Below the pieces are notes generated by a model. That model was not told the DNA's origin, did no database searches, and worked only from the letters and a program-made list of their open reading frames with translations. The translations under genes and the position numbers were made by a program. From Okamejei kenojei (Eukaryota), in assembly GCA_035221665.1 (NCBI GenBank), contig CM069153.1, forward strand, positions 32,612,001 through 32,676,000: a stretch of DNA of 64,000 nt, written 5' to 3'. This document shows, piece by piece, positions 61,801 to 64,000 of this stretch; the stretch's first letter is position 1; the number at the start of each line of letters is the position of its first letter.

Positions 61801-63275
61801 CTGAGGATTGGAGGGTAGCTAATGTAACCCCTCTTTTAAAAAAAGGAGGGAGAGAGAAAACGGGGAATTACAGACCAGTTAGTCTAACATCGGTAGTGGG
61901 GAAACTGCTAGAGTCAGTTATTAAAGATGGGATAGCAGTACATTTGGAAAGTGGCGAAATCATTAGACAAAGTCAGCATGAATTTATGAAAGGTAAATCA
62001 TGGCTGACGAATCTTATAGAATTTTTTGAGGATGTAACTAGCAGAGTGGATAAGGGAGAACCAGTGGATGTGTTATATCTAGACTTTCAGAAGGCTTTCG
62101 ACCAGGTCCCACATAAGAGATTAGTATACAAACTTAAAGCACACGGTATTGGGGGTTCTGTATTGATGTGGATAGAGAACTGGCTGGCAGACAGGAAGCA
62201 AAGGGTAGGAAAAAACGGGTCCTTTTCAGAATGGCAGGCAGTGACTAGTGGTGTACCGCAAGGCTCAGTGCTGGGACCCCAGCTATTTACAATATATATT
62301 AATGATTTGGACGAGGGAATTGAATGCAACATCTCCAAGTTTGCGGATGACACTAATCTGGAGGGTAGTGTTAGGTGTTAGGAGGATGCTAGGAGACTGC
62401 AAGGTGACTTGGATAGGCTGGGTGAGTGGGCAAATGCATGGCAGATGCAGTATAATGTTGATAAATGTGAGGTTATCCACTTTGGTGGCAAAAGCAGGAG
62501 GGTAGACAATTATCTGAATGCTGGCAAATTAGGAAAAGGGGAGATGCAACAAAACCTGGGTGTCATGGTACACCAATCATTGAAAGTAGGCATGCAGGTG
62601 CAGCAGGCAGTGAAGAAAGCAAATGGTATGTTAGCATTCATAGCAAAAGGATTTGAGGATAGGGGCAGGGAGGTTCTACTGCAGTTGTACAGGAATTTGG
62701 TGAGACCACACCTGGAGTATTGCGTACAGTTTTGGTCTCCAAATCTGAGATAATACATTCTTGCCATAGAGGGGGTACAGAGAAGGTTCACTAGACTGAT
62801 TCGTGGGATGTCAGGACTTTCATATGAGGAAAGCCTGGATAGACTTGGCTTGAACTCGCTAGAATTTAGAAGACTGAGGGGGGATCTTATAGAAACTTAC
62901 AAAATTCTTAATGGGTTGGATAGGCTAGATGCAGGAAGACTGTTCCTGATGTTGGGGAGGTCCAGAACAAGGCGTCACAGTCTAAGGAAAAGGGGGAATT
63001 CCTTTAGGACCTAGATGAGGAAAACATTTTTCACACAGATAGTGGTGAGTCTCTGGAATTCTCTGCCACAGAAGGTAGTTGAGGCCAGTTCATTGGCTAT
63101 ATTTAAGAGGAGTTAGATGTGGCCCTTATGGCTAAAGGGATCAGGGGGTATGGAGAGAAGACGGGCACAGGATACTGAGTTGGATGATCAGCCATGATCA
63201 TATTGAATGGCGGTGCAGGCTCGAAGGGCCGAATGGCCTACTCCTGCACCTATTTTCTATGTTTCTATGTTTCTA
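58900..63275 (+). mobile_element. CR1 element with family-A-like 5'UTR/ORF1 and family-B ORF2 and tail
   Basis: ORF1 from 59225 (MSARAAYCSGC) resembles that at 54742. From ~60303 ORF2 is a distinct family (LCLNARSIRNKVD; KFADDT) with a (tttctatg)n tail. Confidence 0.88.
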
Positions 63276-63745
63276 TTAGCTCTGCAGGAGAGGATTCCCT
63301 CTGGTGGTCACTTGTAGCAAGAGCATCATATGATTGGGACTGGGAACTGGCAGAGCTTTGTCTGTGCAGCTGCCACCTTTGGTTGGAACTCATGTGGTAT
63401 AACTGGACTTGGCAAATCATTGAGAATTCAGTGATCCTACCTTTTTATACTGTAACCTTGCTCAACACAGACTTGGAATATTTTGTAAGTTACTCGGGGA
63501 CTGGATGTCACAGCATTTTGGGTATTACATTTTGGTCCCTGGTAAGTTGGTCTAAAAGATTATCTCTTAATTCACTTTTTTTTGCCAATTATTTTTGCCA
63601 ATTTTTGAAACTATTTCCTCTGGTGACTGTCCCTTTGCACCAATGCAAAGGGTCTGGCCCTGTTCCTCTTCTAAGCCTGCATTGTGCTCACATCAGAATG
63701 GAGGAACTCGGTCCGCAACTTTGTGGTGTCAGATGTGATAGTGTT
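62814..63745 (+). repeat. Duplicated block, copy 2
   Basis: Matches 51069-52075 but lacks ~80 bp present at ~51907-51985. Confidence 0.92.
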
Positions 63746-63814
63746 ATCACTGGGCTGCCTTTGTTGACCTTCCCTTCATGACTAAACTGGATGGTCTTCG
63801 CCTCACCCACTGAA

Positions 63815-64000
63815 CACGGTGACGCAGTGGTAAAGTTGCTGCCTTACAGCCTTAGAGTGCCAGAGACCTGGGTTCGATCCCGACTACAGGTGCTTGTCTG
63901 TATGGAGTTTGTACGTTCTGCCCATGACCTGCGTGGGCTTTGTCTGAGATCTTCGGTTTCCTCCCACATTCCAAAGACGTACAGGTTGTAGGTTAATTGG
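63815..64000 (+). mobile_element. V-SINE (runs off the window end)
   Basis: cacggtgacgcagtggta A-box, ggttcgatccc B-box and V domain. Confidence 0.88.

Noticed and set aside
63194-63781. 195-aa hydrophobic ORF duplicated at 51452
   Set aside because: It begins in the CR1 3'UTR and runs into flanking DNA. The other copy has a stop, and there is no domain evidence.

Overview
This is eukaryotic vertebrate DNA, not prokaryotic. The repeat families (V-SINE/HE1-like SINEs, CR1, Rex1/Babar, L2, Penelope-like termini, DIRS, Deu-domain SINE remnants) point to a cartilaginous fish, probably a skate or ray (inference). No intact host protein-coding exon could be identified. The left end (1-1250) is a CpG-rich promoter-like region with a probable non-coding first exon on the minus strand. 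The rest is intergenic or intronic sequence densely packed with nested transposons: a near full-length Rex1/Babar LINE (37954-41183), an internally deleted DIRS element, foldback and Harbinger-type MITEs, and a ~15 kb CR1 cluster (49-63 kb) that underwent local tandem duplication and chimeric rearrangement. The most notable observations are: (1) a hydrophobic leader plus a YxxxxLL (eIF4E-binding-like) motif in frame upstream of the Rex1 endonuclease; (2) a structured non-tRNA, non-autonomous retroelement family sharing a covarying Rex1 3' hairpin; (3) three CCAAT boxes exactly 32 bp apart in the CR1 5'UTR; (4) tiny hammerhead-core-bearing Penelope insertions with their own 12-13 bp TSDs; (5) several templated-insertion scars. 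Boundaries were read by eye and are approximate unless a TSD or TIR is quoted.
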